Below the pieces are notes generated by a model. The model saw nothing but the letters and a program-made list of their open reading frames with translations, did no database searches and was not told the origin of the DNA. Below, one piece after another: positions 26,155 to 33,987 of a DNA stretch of 64,000 nucleotides (position 1 is its first letter; each line of letters opens with the position of its first letter). Both the position numbers and the translations under genes were made by a program. Source of the DNA: a virus; the IMG/VR virus record IMGVR_UViG_3300046492_000369, positions 13,042 to 77,041 of that record. One strand, written 5' to 3'.

Positions 26155-27070
26155 TCAAATATTCCTGATCAGCTAATTCGATCATGGCTTTCTTGAAGGC
26201 TGCTCCTTGTGGATTAATGTGATAACCCTGCGAGTAGATCCGACCACGCTTGTCTACCTTATGGGTCATGTAGAATACATTCCCCTGGCTGGCCATCAGG
26301 TCATACATCTGGTAGCTGTGACGCTTGAACATCTTCCAGTTGTCGATCTTCTCCGGTGTATCCAACTCATGCGTAGGCTCCTCTTCCACCTTGCACAGAA
26401 AGTCCAGTGCCAAGCTCAGTGGTACACGATTCATCAGGTTTAGCACATCGAGACACAGATCCCCATCGTGATGGTTACCTGATCCCAATACCAATGAATC
26501 ATTATGGGTCAGATAACCAGAGCAGAAATTACTCTTCAATTCCAATGGCTCAATCACCATGGGAGGCAGGCACCGGCTCTCTTCAATGAAGGTGATCAGT
26601 TTCTCGCTAAGTGGCATCCTGCTGATGATGCACAGGCTAGCCATGCGATCGGGCTTCACGATATCGAAGGCATCGGTATTACACAGTACGGCAATCAGTT
26701 CAGCAATGGTAGTAATGGCTTCCACCTTGTCACTGAACCGTAAACGTGATGCCATCTGAGCCGTTACTGCCGTGAACAGTTCTTCACGCTGGCAATAAGC
26801 AATACCAACGAAGATATCAGTCACCAGTACTTCAATGTCCATGTTCTTGAGCTGAGCAACACGGGTATTCTTGGAAGTGAACTCCTTGGTTTCACCATTC
26901 TTGGTGGTATAGGTGTAATGCGTATTAATATATTGTTCCACCAGCTTGATACCCTGCTGGACCTTCTTCTGCATGATGGGATCCGTTTGAATTGCATCAC
27001 GGATATATCCATCAATATGCTTGCGATTGAATCGCTTTTCATTGTGCTCTTGTACGATGTAATGGGACAT
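26132..27070 (-). CDS. RNA polymerase II small subunit (N4 gp15-like, RNAP1)
   Basis: LPPMVIEP, DKRGRIYSQGYHINPQG (DxRGR motif). Confidence 0.95.
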   Translation of the reverse strand: MSHYIVQEHNEKRFNRKHIDGYIRDAIQTDPIMQKKVQQGIKLVEQYINTHYTYTTKNGETKEFTSKNTRVAQLKNMDIEVLVTDIFVGIAYCQREELFTAVTAQMASRLRFSDKVEAITTIAELIAVLCNTDAFDIVKPDRMASLCIISRMPLSEKLITFIEESRCLPPMVIEPLELKSNFCSGYLTHNDSLVLGSGNHHDGDLCLDVLNLMNRVPLSLALDFLCKVEEEPTHELDTPEKIDNWKMFKRHSYQMYDLMASQGNVFYMTHKVDKRGRIYSQGYHINPQGAAFKKAMIELADQEYLSGVPSGY

Positions 27071-27073
27071 TAT

Positions 27074-27241
27074 TCACTCCTTGGCTTCTAGTTGAGCAAG
27101 TTCTTGTTTACATTTTGCGATCTCAGCCAAGAACACACGTATTTCTGTTGGAGTACTGAAGGCTAAATAACTCTCTAGTCTGTGAATATATTTGCGCAAT
27201 ATCCTCTTACGCTGCCAAATACGCCACCATTGCTTAATCAT
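27074..27241 (-). CDS. Small hypothetical protein (55 aa, not in the ORF track)
   Basis: AGGAGG SD; MIKQWWRIWQRKRILRKY... Confidence 0.6.
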   Translation of the reverse strand: MIKQWWRIWQRKRILRKYIHRLESYLAFSTPTEIRVFLAEIAKCKQELAQLEAKE

Positions 27242-27286
27242 TCAATCCTCCTGTAGTTATCTGTTGTCGAACACCACCCACAATAT

Positions 27287-27297
27287 GCCCGGAGGGC
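27287..27297 (-). promoter_or_regulatory. vRNAP-type hairpin promoter
   Basis: Template-strand GCCC-GGA-GGGC, matching the N4 C-GNA-G triloop; upstream of the RNAP II operon. Confidence 0.6.
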
Positions 27298-27371
27298 CAA
27301 CTGTGTATCTGTGGTTTAACTGTCTTGGATGTAGTCTGTCTGTTGTGTAAAGCAACCAAAGTCGCCAGGAC

Positions 27372-27405
27372 AAAAAGAACACCACCTTCCCCGAAGGGAA
27401 GGCGG
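27372..27405 (-). terminator. Intrinsic terminator after the Drc-like gene
   Basis: GC stem with cUUCGg tetraloop and U tract on the minus strand. Confidence 0.8.
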
Positions 27406-27415
27406 CAGCAGCATA

Positions 27416-27691
27416 TTACTCAGGCAGATCGAAGCCAGCCGATTCATCCGATACAGCCGGGTTGTACTCAACTTGCAGTTGAGCCAGCAGTACCTTGATG
27501 CGCTCCGGATCAGCCATCAGCCAGTCAGCCAGAGTGGCTTCGTTGGCATAGGCTTCACGCAGGGTGATGGCACCCAGCTTACGACGGCCACCATCCTTCT
27601 TCGGCAGGTAGAAGTTCAGGTAGCCCACGGCCTTCTTGTTGGCCGGGATATTGTTGGAACGAGCAGCAGCAGCAGGGCGATTGAATGCCAT
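27416..27691 (-). CDS. drc: Drc-like ssDNA-binding RNAP II cofactor
   Basis: K.A.GYLNF.LP.KDG...L motif, recalled from LUZ7 Drc; acidic tail; position just upstream of RNAP1. Confidence 0.65.
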   Translation of the reverse strand: MAFNRPAAAARSNNIPANKKAVGYLNFYLPKKDGGRRKLGAITLREAYANEATLADWLMADPERIKVLLAQLQVEYNPAVSDESAGFDLPE

Positions 27692-27802
27692 GATAGATTC
27701 TCCAGTTGAAGGATTAGAAAATGTAGAAACAAGATAGCGGAAGGAGGGTTTTGCCCTTGACCTTCCACCATAAGGACGGAGTCCCGGATGATTAGTGTTA
27801 GC

Positions 27803-28114
27803 TTAATGCAGCAAGGTACCAGCCTCAGGCATATGCTCTTCAGCCAGATGCTGCGTATAAGAAGCAAAGACTTCATTGAACAGCCTGCACAGTATGTCCA
27901 ATGAGATCTTACTGATGGTTTCAGGATGGTAGAACACCACACCGAACTCTCGGTGCAGTGCTACTCCTTCCATCTCGAAGTACTCAACGAAATGCAGCTG
28001 GTCACAGCAGGGATGCGCAGGCAATAACAGCCGCTGCGCTTCCAGTACCATGTCCCTGGCTTGGGCCGATGTCACAGGTGCATGTAGTAGCTCCACAGGC
28101 AGGTTGATCATCAT
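27803..28114 (-). CDS. Early hypothetical protein
   Basis: 4-bp overlap with the upstream gene. Confidence 0.6.
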   Translation of the reverse strand: MMINLPVELLHAPVTSAQARDMVLEAQRLLLPAHPCCDQLHFVEYFEMEGVALHREFGVVFYHPETISKISLDILCRLFNEVFASYTQHLAEEHMPEAGTLLH

Positions 28115-28374
28115 GGCTGCACCTTCTGTTCCAGCAGATGCATCATGTGAGCCACACCACGCGGCGTCACACAGTGCCGACCATCGTAGCGCACCAAACC
28201 AGCATCCATGAGCTCACGGATACGGGCAGAGAACACCTGATGGGATAGGAAGTGTCCCTTTTGCAGGCGTGTATCGAAGTCACCTTGGTAGATGGCGGTG
28301 AGATATAGCAGGTGCAGAGGCTTGAGCTCAAAGCTATTCAAGAACTCCAGTTCCATTTGGCTTGGCTTGGGCAT
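28111..28374 (-). CDS. Early protein, possible winged helix
   Basis: SARIRELMDAGLV....VTPRG resembles a wHTH; SD AAGGAG. Confidence 0.55.
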   Translation of the reverse strand: MPKPSQMELEFLNSFELKPLHLLYLTAIYQGDFDTRLQKGHFLSHQVFSARIRELMDAGLVRYDGRHCVTPRGVAHMMHLLEQKVQP

Positions 28375-28430
28375 AGTGATTCTCCTTGTAATTATGACAA
28401 CTATGGGGCATTGCTGCCCCATATGATTTA

Positions 28431-28658
28431 TTAATGCTCCTGCATGTCAGCAATCATGCTATCGTACATATCACGACCATGTTGCAAGTATTCAGCACGG
28501 CCATACACATACAGACCACGCTTCAGGGCATGCTCACGGTACTCGTGATGCGTGAGATCGCATGCCGAGCAGTGGCTCATGAAATGATGGGCAGCTTGTG
28601 TGTCAACAGGTACAACAGGGTTACGGACATCAGTAGTGATGGTATGCAGCATGGACAT
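28431..28658 (-). CDS. Early hypothetical protein (His-rich)
   Basis: SD AAGGAG. Confidence 0.65.
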   Translation of the reverse strand: MSMLHTITTDVRNPVVPVDTQAAHHFMSHCSACDLTHHEYREHALKRGLYVYGRAEYLQHGRDMYDSMIADMQEH

Positions 28659-28791
28659 GGTGAACTCCTTGTAGTTTTAACAAGTATAGAGAACAGATAG
28701 GGAACACTGATAGAAGGCAACAGTGTACGACAATTAGTATATCGGTGGGATATCGGAATGAAGATAAGGATGGATAGATGTGGTGAGTGTA

Positions 28792-28955
28792 GTTATGCAC
28801 AGGAGTATGGAGCTAGACATCATGAATACACAGTGCTACTCAGCACAGCCATCCCAGTATCCATCAGACTTGCGGTGTAAGTGAGTACTAACTAACTCAG
28901 TTAGATTGAGTGAGGGATGAGTACTGAATTAGGACTATCCACACAGTTATCCACA
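28792..28955. promoter_or_regulatory. DnaA-box-like cluster
   Basis: TTATGCACA 28792-28800, CTATCCACA 28935-28943, TTATCCACA 28947-28955. Confidence 0.4.
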
Positions 28956-28964
28956 TCCTCATAC

Positions 28965-28975
28965 AGCCGGAGGCT
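28965..28975 (-). promoter_or_regulatory. vRNAP-type hairpin promoter
   Basis: AGCC-GGA-GGCT on the template strand in the early non-coding region. Confidence 0.55.
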
Positions 28976-29089
28976 TATAGTTTAGACCCACTATCCCAAG
29001 ACGCTGACTTCTGTAGGAAGTTGAGGCCCATGGTGCGCTGGTGCTAGCTATGGTCTGTCTTATTGTGTGTAATGTGTAGTGTGTGAAGT

Positions 29090-29120
29090 AAAAGCGTGAA
29101 CCACCCGAAGGTGATTCACA
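29090..29120 (-). terminator. Intrinsic terminator
   Basis: GUGAAUCACcUUCGgGUGGUUCAC + GCUUUU on the minus strand. Confidence 0.75.
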
Positions 29121-29123
29121 TTG

Positions 29124-29405
29124 TTACCTATTGCTCAGCTCTGCGATCTTTGCTTTGCGATGCGCTTCAGCTGCATCAGCGAATGCATTGAAGTCCACTA
29201 TCGGTTGATCAGCCAAATCCTCATGCTTGCTATAGATAGCAGGCAGGATGAACATCATAACGATGGCCAAGGTAGCAATCGGGAATGCGATCGCTGGATG
29301 CAGACCATGACCGAAGTTAATCCAATCCATGCCAAGGTTGAAGGACACGAATGCAGCGAACATCAAGCCAATCAGTACGAGATGCTTGAGGAAATTGGTG
29401 AACAT
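29124..29405 (-). CDS. Early membrane protein (2 TM)
   Basis: Two hydrophobic helices; SD AGGAG. Confidence 0.75.
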   Translation of the reverse strand: MFTNFLKHLVLIGLMFAAFVSFNLGMDWINFGHGLHPAIAFPIATLAIVMMFILPAIYSKHEDLADQPIVDFNAFADAAEAHRKAKIAELSNR

Positions 29406-29433
29406 TGTTAGCTCCTGATATTTTGGTTAGATG

Positions 29434-29463
29434 ATGAGCCACCACGGTAAGGTGATGGCTCAT
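29434..29463 (-). other. Hairpin after the first early gene
   Basis: ATGAGCCA...TGGCTCAT; no U tract. Confidence 0.45.
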
Positions 29464-29470
29464 GAATTAC

Positions 29471-29707
29471 TTAAGCAGCAGCTACTTTAGCAGCAGCCTT
29501 CTTCTCTGCTTTAGGTAGAGCCGAGATGCCAGCTTCCTTCAGCATTTCCTTGATACGCTCCTGACGCTTGTGACGTGCTTCGTCTTCGAACGTACCTGCT
29601 GCTTCATCTGCCCACGTTGCCAGGTGATTGGCAGCCGATGCAGTCTTTTCGAATGCACCGAACAGTTGAGTCAGTGCTGCGAACAGAGCGGTGAACATTG
29701 CACCCAT
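29471..29707 (-). CDS. First early gene (small Ala-rich helical protein)
   Basis: SD AAGGAG; first ORF after the leftmost hairpin promoter. Confidence 0.8.
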   Translation of the reverse strand: MGAMFTALFAALTQLFGAFEKTASAANHLATWADEAAGTFEDEARHKRQERIKEMLKEAGISALPKAEKKAAAKVAAA

Positions 29708-29761
29708 GGTGATACTCCTTAGCTAAGTTAATGGAATGATGGTGATCAACCACCACCATAT

Positions 29762-29772
29762 GGGCGGAGCCC
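29762..29772 (-). promoter_or_regulatory. vRNAP hairpin promoter (Pe1-like)
   Basis: CC-ATAT-GGGC-GGA-GCCC, close to the N4 template consensus (CC, A-rich spacer, GC-GGA-GC). Confidence 0.7.
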
Positions 29773-29779
29773 GGCTGCA

Positions 29780-30120
29780 CCCAGCTCAGAGGCTAAAGAA
29801 TTCTTTTTGCATATTCACCGGGGGGGATGTTTTGCTTTTCGCTTGGCCATGCTCAGTACTACGTGCGTACCTATTTTGTAAAAAATCCCTAAACCTGCAG
29901 ACGGTTTTCTCACTACACACGTACCCATTTTCCCGATTTCCCCAAAAGTTGGGGTTATAAATTTTATAATCCCCCTCCCTACAGAGTTTCGTTAAAAATT
30001 TTATAACTCTGTCGCTAAAACCTGCGGATTAGCTTACTCTGTGTTGGTTTGTTTCCCTTCTACATGTTTCTTCTGTACAATCCCCTACGATATAAGGCCG
30101 GGGGCCTAACTACGGGATTA
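29780..30120. other. Probable genome-end / terminal-repeat junction
   Basis: Non-coding, AT-rich, with inverted repeats; lies between the divergent first early gene and the gp69-like gene, where N4-like genomes end. Confidence 0.55.
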
Positions 30121-30125
30121 AGCCA

Positions 30126-30830
30126 ATGACAGCACTTGCTCCACTCACCGTTGAACAGTTCAAGGACGCTCTTCCAGCCAAGATGAAGAAGAGTGTCAAT
30201 CAAGAGCTGATTGACCAAGTTAATTCGATGCTCTCCGATCCTGCGATGTTTGAACAGTATCGGGAGAACTTGGTCAGCTATACCAGCGTCATGAGCGATG
30301 GTAAGTTCAAGATTGAGAGCTATGTGGATGCAGTGAAGTATGTAAGCCACAAGCTGCTGGGGTGTACGAACATTGATGCATACATCAAGACATTCCCGGA
30401 CAAGCATGCAGCGTTTGTGGCTTCCGGGGTGTCGGCTAAGGATATTGCCTCGTATGTGACCGCGTATAACAAGGGCAAGCTGGTGAATCTGATCATGGCC
30501 CAGACCTTGGTGCCGAGTTACGTGTTGAACCAGGATCTGTATCAGCGGGCATTGAATGTGCAGGCAGACCTGATGATGTCGGCCAAGAGCGAGAAGGTAC
30601 GGTCCGATGCAGCGGCTCACTTGATGAATGCCCTGAAGATGCCTGAGGTGATGAAGGTGGAGCTGGATGTGGGGGTCAAGGAGGATAGCGCGATTGCTCA
30701 GCTGAGGGCAACGACACTGGAATTGTCTCGTATGCAGCGGATGCAGATTGAGGCTGGGGCGATGAATGCGCAGGAGGCAGCCCACAGCAAACTGATTATC
30801 GACATGGGTGATGCGGAGGTGGTGCAATGA
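30126..30830 (+). CDS. N4 gp69-like protein (putative small terminase subunit)
   Basis: Y..AVKYVSHKL.G.T..DAY.KTFP, YNKGKLVN.I, AKSEKVR.DAA; upstream of the large terminase. Confidence 0.8.
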   Translation: MTALAPLTVEQFKDALPAKMKKSVNQELIDQVNSMLSDPAMFEQYRENLVSYTSVMSDGKFKIESYVDAVKYVSHKLLGCTNIDAYIKTFPDKHAAFVASGVSAKDIASYVTAYNKGKLVNLIMAQTLVPSYVLNQDLYQRALNVQADLMMSAKSEKVRSDAAAHLMNALKMPEVMKVELDVGVKEDSAIAQLRATTLELSRMQRMQIEAGAMNAQEAAHSKLIIDMGDAEVVQ

Positions 30831-31018
30831 TGCGTAGCCGAATGACCAAGAGTGAACGGGTGGAGTACGTGGTAGTGGGGCTGGTATTGTCAGGTGCCTG
30901 CGGGTTGATCCTCGGTGGTGCCTTGTCGATCGCCTTTCATTCCTTCTGGCTTGGAATGACGGTGGCAGCTGCGTCTGCTACCTACTTTGGTGTGTTGTAC
31001 TTTTCGGAGTCTCGATGA
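30827..31018 (+). CDS. Small membrane protein
   Basis: Two TM segments; 4-bp overlaps on both sides. Confidence 0.6.
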   Translation: MMRSRMTKSERVEYVVVGLVLSGACGLILGGALSIAFHSFWLGMTVAAASATYFGVLYFSESR

Positions 31019-32679
31019 TTGGGCTTACCAACGCTGCAGCAGCGATAGCTCTGTCAGCTTCCTTGGTTTACGGGCCAGTGGTCGAGGCAATTCAGTCGGC
31101 TGCACCATGGAAGGTGGAAGACTACCTGAACCACACCAACTATCGGGTGGATCCGAAGTATGTGCCCAGTGAATTCGCACTGGAGTTCATTACCTTCATC
31201 AAGCTGGTGAACGGGCAGGAAGGGGAAGAGCACAAGACGCCACTAGTGCATTATCACATGTTGGACACCCTGACCAAGGGTGGTTCCCGCGTCATCAACC
31301 TGTGCCACCGGGGTATCGCCAAGACCACGCTGATGGGGGAATACCTGTTCCTGTACATTGCCTGCTATGGGGAGATTCCTGGCTTTGGTCGGATCGACCT
31401 GGCCCTGTATGTGTCCGACTCGATCGAGAACGGGGTCAAGAACATGCGGAAGAACTTGGAATTCCGCTGGGAGAACTCGGACTTCCTGAAGCAATACATC
31501 CCCGAAGCCCACTTCACGGATATTCGCTGGGCCTTCAAGAATGCTGATGGCAAGATGTTTGTCATCAAGGGTTACGGCGCGAAGACAGGTGTGCGTGGTG
31601 CCAAGGAGATGGGTAAGCGTCCGGGTCTGGCCGTGCTGGATGACTTGATCAGCGACGAAGATGCGCGCTCGGCTACTGTGATCAGCGCAGTAGAAGATAC
31701 CGTGTACAAAGCGGTGAACTACGCACTTCACCCGACCAAGAACATGATCATCTGGTCTGGTACACCATTCAATGCGAAGGATCCTCTGTACAAGGCCGTT
31801 GAATCAGGAGCATGGGCGGTCAACGTGTTCCCTGTATGCGAGCAGTTCCCTTGTAGCCGGGAAGAATTCCGGGGTAGCTGGCCAGACCGCTTCACCTATG
31901 ACTACGTCAAGAAGCAGTATGACGATGCCGTGAAACTGGGGAAGGTGGAAACCTTCAACCAAGAGCTGATGCTGCGGATTATGTCGGAGGAAGACCGACT
32001 GATCCGGGATGAGGACATCAAGTGGTTCAAGCTGGAGACTGTTCTCCAGAACAAATCCAAATTCAACTACTTCATTACCACTGACTTTGCCACTAGTGAG
32101 AAGCAGGCCGCCGACTTTTCCATCATCAGCGTCTGGGCATTCAACTCGAATGGCGATTGGCTCTGGGTAGACGGGATTTGCAAGCGCCAGGACATGGGCA
32201 AGAACGTCGATGATCTGTTCAAACTGGCCCAGAAGTGGCGACCCATGGGCGTCGGCATCGAGGTATCGGGCCAACAGGCAGGCTTTGTTCCTTGGATTCA
32301 GGATCAGATGCTGTCCCGGAACATCTATTTCACCTTGGTTTCGGAAGGGAATGACAACAAGCCGGGTATCCGACCCAACACCAACAAGATGGTGCGTTTC
32401 AATACCATGGTGCCGATGTTCAAGGCAGGCAAGATGTACTTCCCCAAGGAACTGGAGAAGACTACCGCAATGCTGGAGGCGATGAACGAGCTCAGTCTCG
32501 CCGCAGTATCCGGATTCCGTAGTAAGCACGATGACTTCATCGACTCGATTTCGATGCTGTCGAGTATGAAAGCGTGGAAACCATCGGAAGAAGCACCGAT
32601 CCAGGAATCCGAAAGCGGGATGTGGGAGATCGAAACCAACGATGCTTCTGCCGATCGCATGTCCTCTTACATTGTTTAA
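31015..32679 (+). CDS. Terminase large subunit (N4 gp68-like)
   Basis: HRGIAKTT, VLDDL, SGTPF, TTDFA, HDDFIDSISML. True start may be downstream. Confidence 0.95.
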   Translation: MIGLTNAAAAIALSASLVYGPVVEAIQSAAPWKVEDYLNHTNYRVDPKYVPSEFALEFITFIKLVNGQEGEEHKTPLVHYHMLDTLTKGGSRVINLCHRGIAKTTLMGEYLFLYIACYGEIPGFGRIDLALYVSDSIENGVKNMRKNLEFRWENSDFLKQYIPEAHFTDIRWAFKNADGKMFVIKGYGAKTGVRGAKEMGKRPGLAVLDDLISDEDARSATVISAVEDTVYKAVNYALHPTKNMIIWSGTPFNAKDPLYKAVESGAWAVNVFPVCEQFPCSREEFRGSWPDRFTYDYVKKQYDDAVKLGKVETFNQELMLRIMSEEDRLIRDEDIKWFKLETVLQNKSKFNYFITTDFATSEKQAADFSIISVWAFNSNGDWLWVDGICKRQDMGKNVDDLFKLAQKWRPMGVGIEVSGQQAGFVPWIQDQMLSRNIYFTLVSEGNDNKPGIRPNTNKMVRFNTMVPMFKAGKMYFPKELEKTTAMLEAMNELSLAAVSGFRSKHDDFIDSISMLSSMKAWKPSEEAPIQESESGMWEIETNDASADRMSSYIV

Positions 32680-32689
32680 GGAATAACTT

Positions 32690-33439
32690 ATGATGAAACT
32701 CTCCGAAATCTTCGAACAACTGACCACGGGGGAGCTTTCTCAGGTCGCCATTGGGGGCAATGAGCAGGGGGGGATCGACGAAGCCAATTACCGGGCCGTG
32801 GCCAATCATGTCAAGCTGGGATTGACCACCCTGTACAACCGTTTCGACCTGAAACGTAGTGAAGTCGATGTGCTCTTGATGCCAGACCAGTACGTGTACC
32901 CACTGCAGAGCAAGTATGCCCTCAATGGGAAGAACTCGACCGAGCCGAAACGCTGGATCATGGATACACCTTTGTCACCTTTCGGTGAAGATATCCTGAA
33001 AATTCTGGTTGTAAAGGGAGATACCGGAGAAGAATTCCCGTTGAACGACTACACCAACGAATATTCGGTTCATACCCCAACGATGGACAGTATCCGGGTG
33101 CCGGTGGAGGTGGTTACTCCAACCGACAGGACGCCAGTCTGGTACCGGACCACACAGTTAATGCTGTGTTACCAAGCCAATCACCCAAATTTCCTGCCTC
33201 GGGTGGGGTATTTTGATCCGGAGCTGACCAATATCGAGCTGCCGCTGACCCATCTGCAGGCATTGCTGTACTTTGTGGCTTCGCGGGTACATAACCCGAT
33301 CGGTATGGGCCAGGAATTCAATGCCGGGAACAACTGGGCACAGCGATTCGAAGCAGAATGCCAGCGACTGGAACAGGAAGGCCGGGAAATTGACAGCACT
33401 GCCGGGAATACCCGGGCAGAGCGGGGAGGATGGTGCTGA
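32690..33439 (+). CDS. Virion head-tail adaptor (N4 gp67-like)
   Basis: MKLSEIFEQL..GEL; IELP..HL.ALLYFVASR; C-terminal GW. Confidence 0.8.
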   Translation: MMKLSEIFEQLTTGELSQVAIGGNEQGGIDEANYRAVANHVKLGLTTLYNRFDLKRSEVDVLLMPDQYVYPLQSKYALNGKNSTEPKRWIMDTPLSPFGEDILKILVVKGDTGEEFPLNDYTNEYSVHTPTMDSIRVPVEVVTPTDRTPVWYRTTQLMLCYQANHPNFLPRVGYFDPELTNIELPLTHLQALLYFVASRVHNPIGMGQEFNAGNNWAQRFEAECQRLEQEGREIDSTAGNTRAERGGWC

Positions 33440-33458
33440 TTATGCGTAAATACTAAGA

Positions 33459-33490
33459 GAAGCGGCCCCCGAAGGGGCCGTTTTCTTTTG
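33459..33490. terminator. Bidirectional intrinsic terminator
   Basis: CGGCCCC-CGAA-GGGGCCG with T tract, between convergent genes. Confidence 0.8.
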
Positions 33491-33502
33491 AAGAGGTGGC
33501 GC

Positions 33503-33922
33503 TTAGCCGGTTGAACCGAACCCGCCAGTACCACGACGGGTTGGAGTGAGCGTAAGAACACGCTCTGGAGGGGAATCGAGGACTGGAACCAGTACGTATT
33601 GCAGGATTCTATCCCCTGCAGCCCAACCATAGCCAGGATAGTTCTTGGTTTTAAGGGAGGCAATCCATTCGCCACGGTAATCGGAGTCGATGATGCCGCA
33701 GGTATTGTTCAGTTCAAGGCCATGTTTGGCCCCAATACCGGAACGCGGGAAGATCATGGCCACATAACCTTCCGGAACTTGGGCTGCAAAGCCTAAAGCC
33801 ACCCTTGTAGCCGTGTGTTCAGACGTAAAGCCAGCTTCAGGCATGTAGATGTCGTATGCACCGGCACCTTCTGTCCCTTTTGTCGGAAGTTTGGCGTTTT
33901 CGTGGAAGATTAGTACTTTCAT
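33503..33922 (-). CDS. dut: Trimeric dUTPase
   Basis: AGAYDI, PRSG, GIIDSDYRGE, GDRILQ, RGTGGFGSTG. Confidence 0.95.
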   Translation of the reverse strand: MKVLIFHENAKLPTKGTEGAGAYDIYMPEAGFTSEHTATRVALGFAAQVPEGYVAMIFPRSGIGAKHGLELNNTCGIIDSDYRGEWIASLKTKNYPGYGWAAGDRILQYVLVPVLDSPPERVLTLTPTRRGTGGFGSTG

Positions 33923-33987
33923 GCAACGTATTCCTTTACAGAAAGGATTTCTATGGGATAATCGAGCATCATTTCTTTGGGACAATC

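Noticed and set aside
28695-29020. GGA-rich stretch as a CsrA/RsmA sponge RNA
   Set aside because: The GGA motifs are on the plus strand, opposite the direction of early transcription, and are mostly not in hairpin loops.
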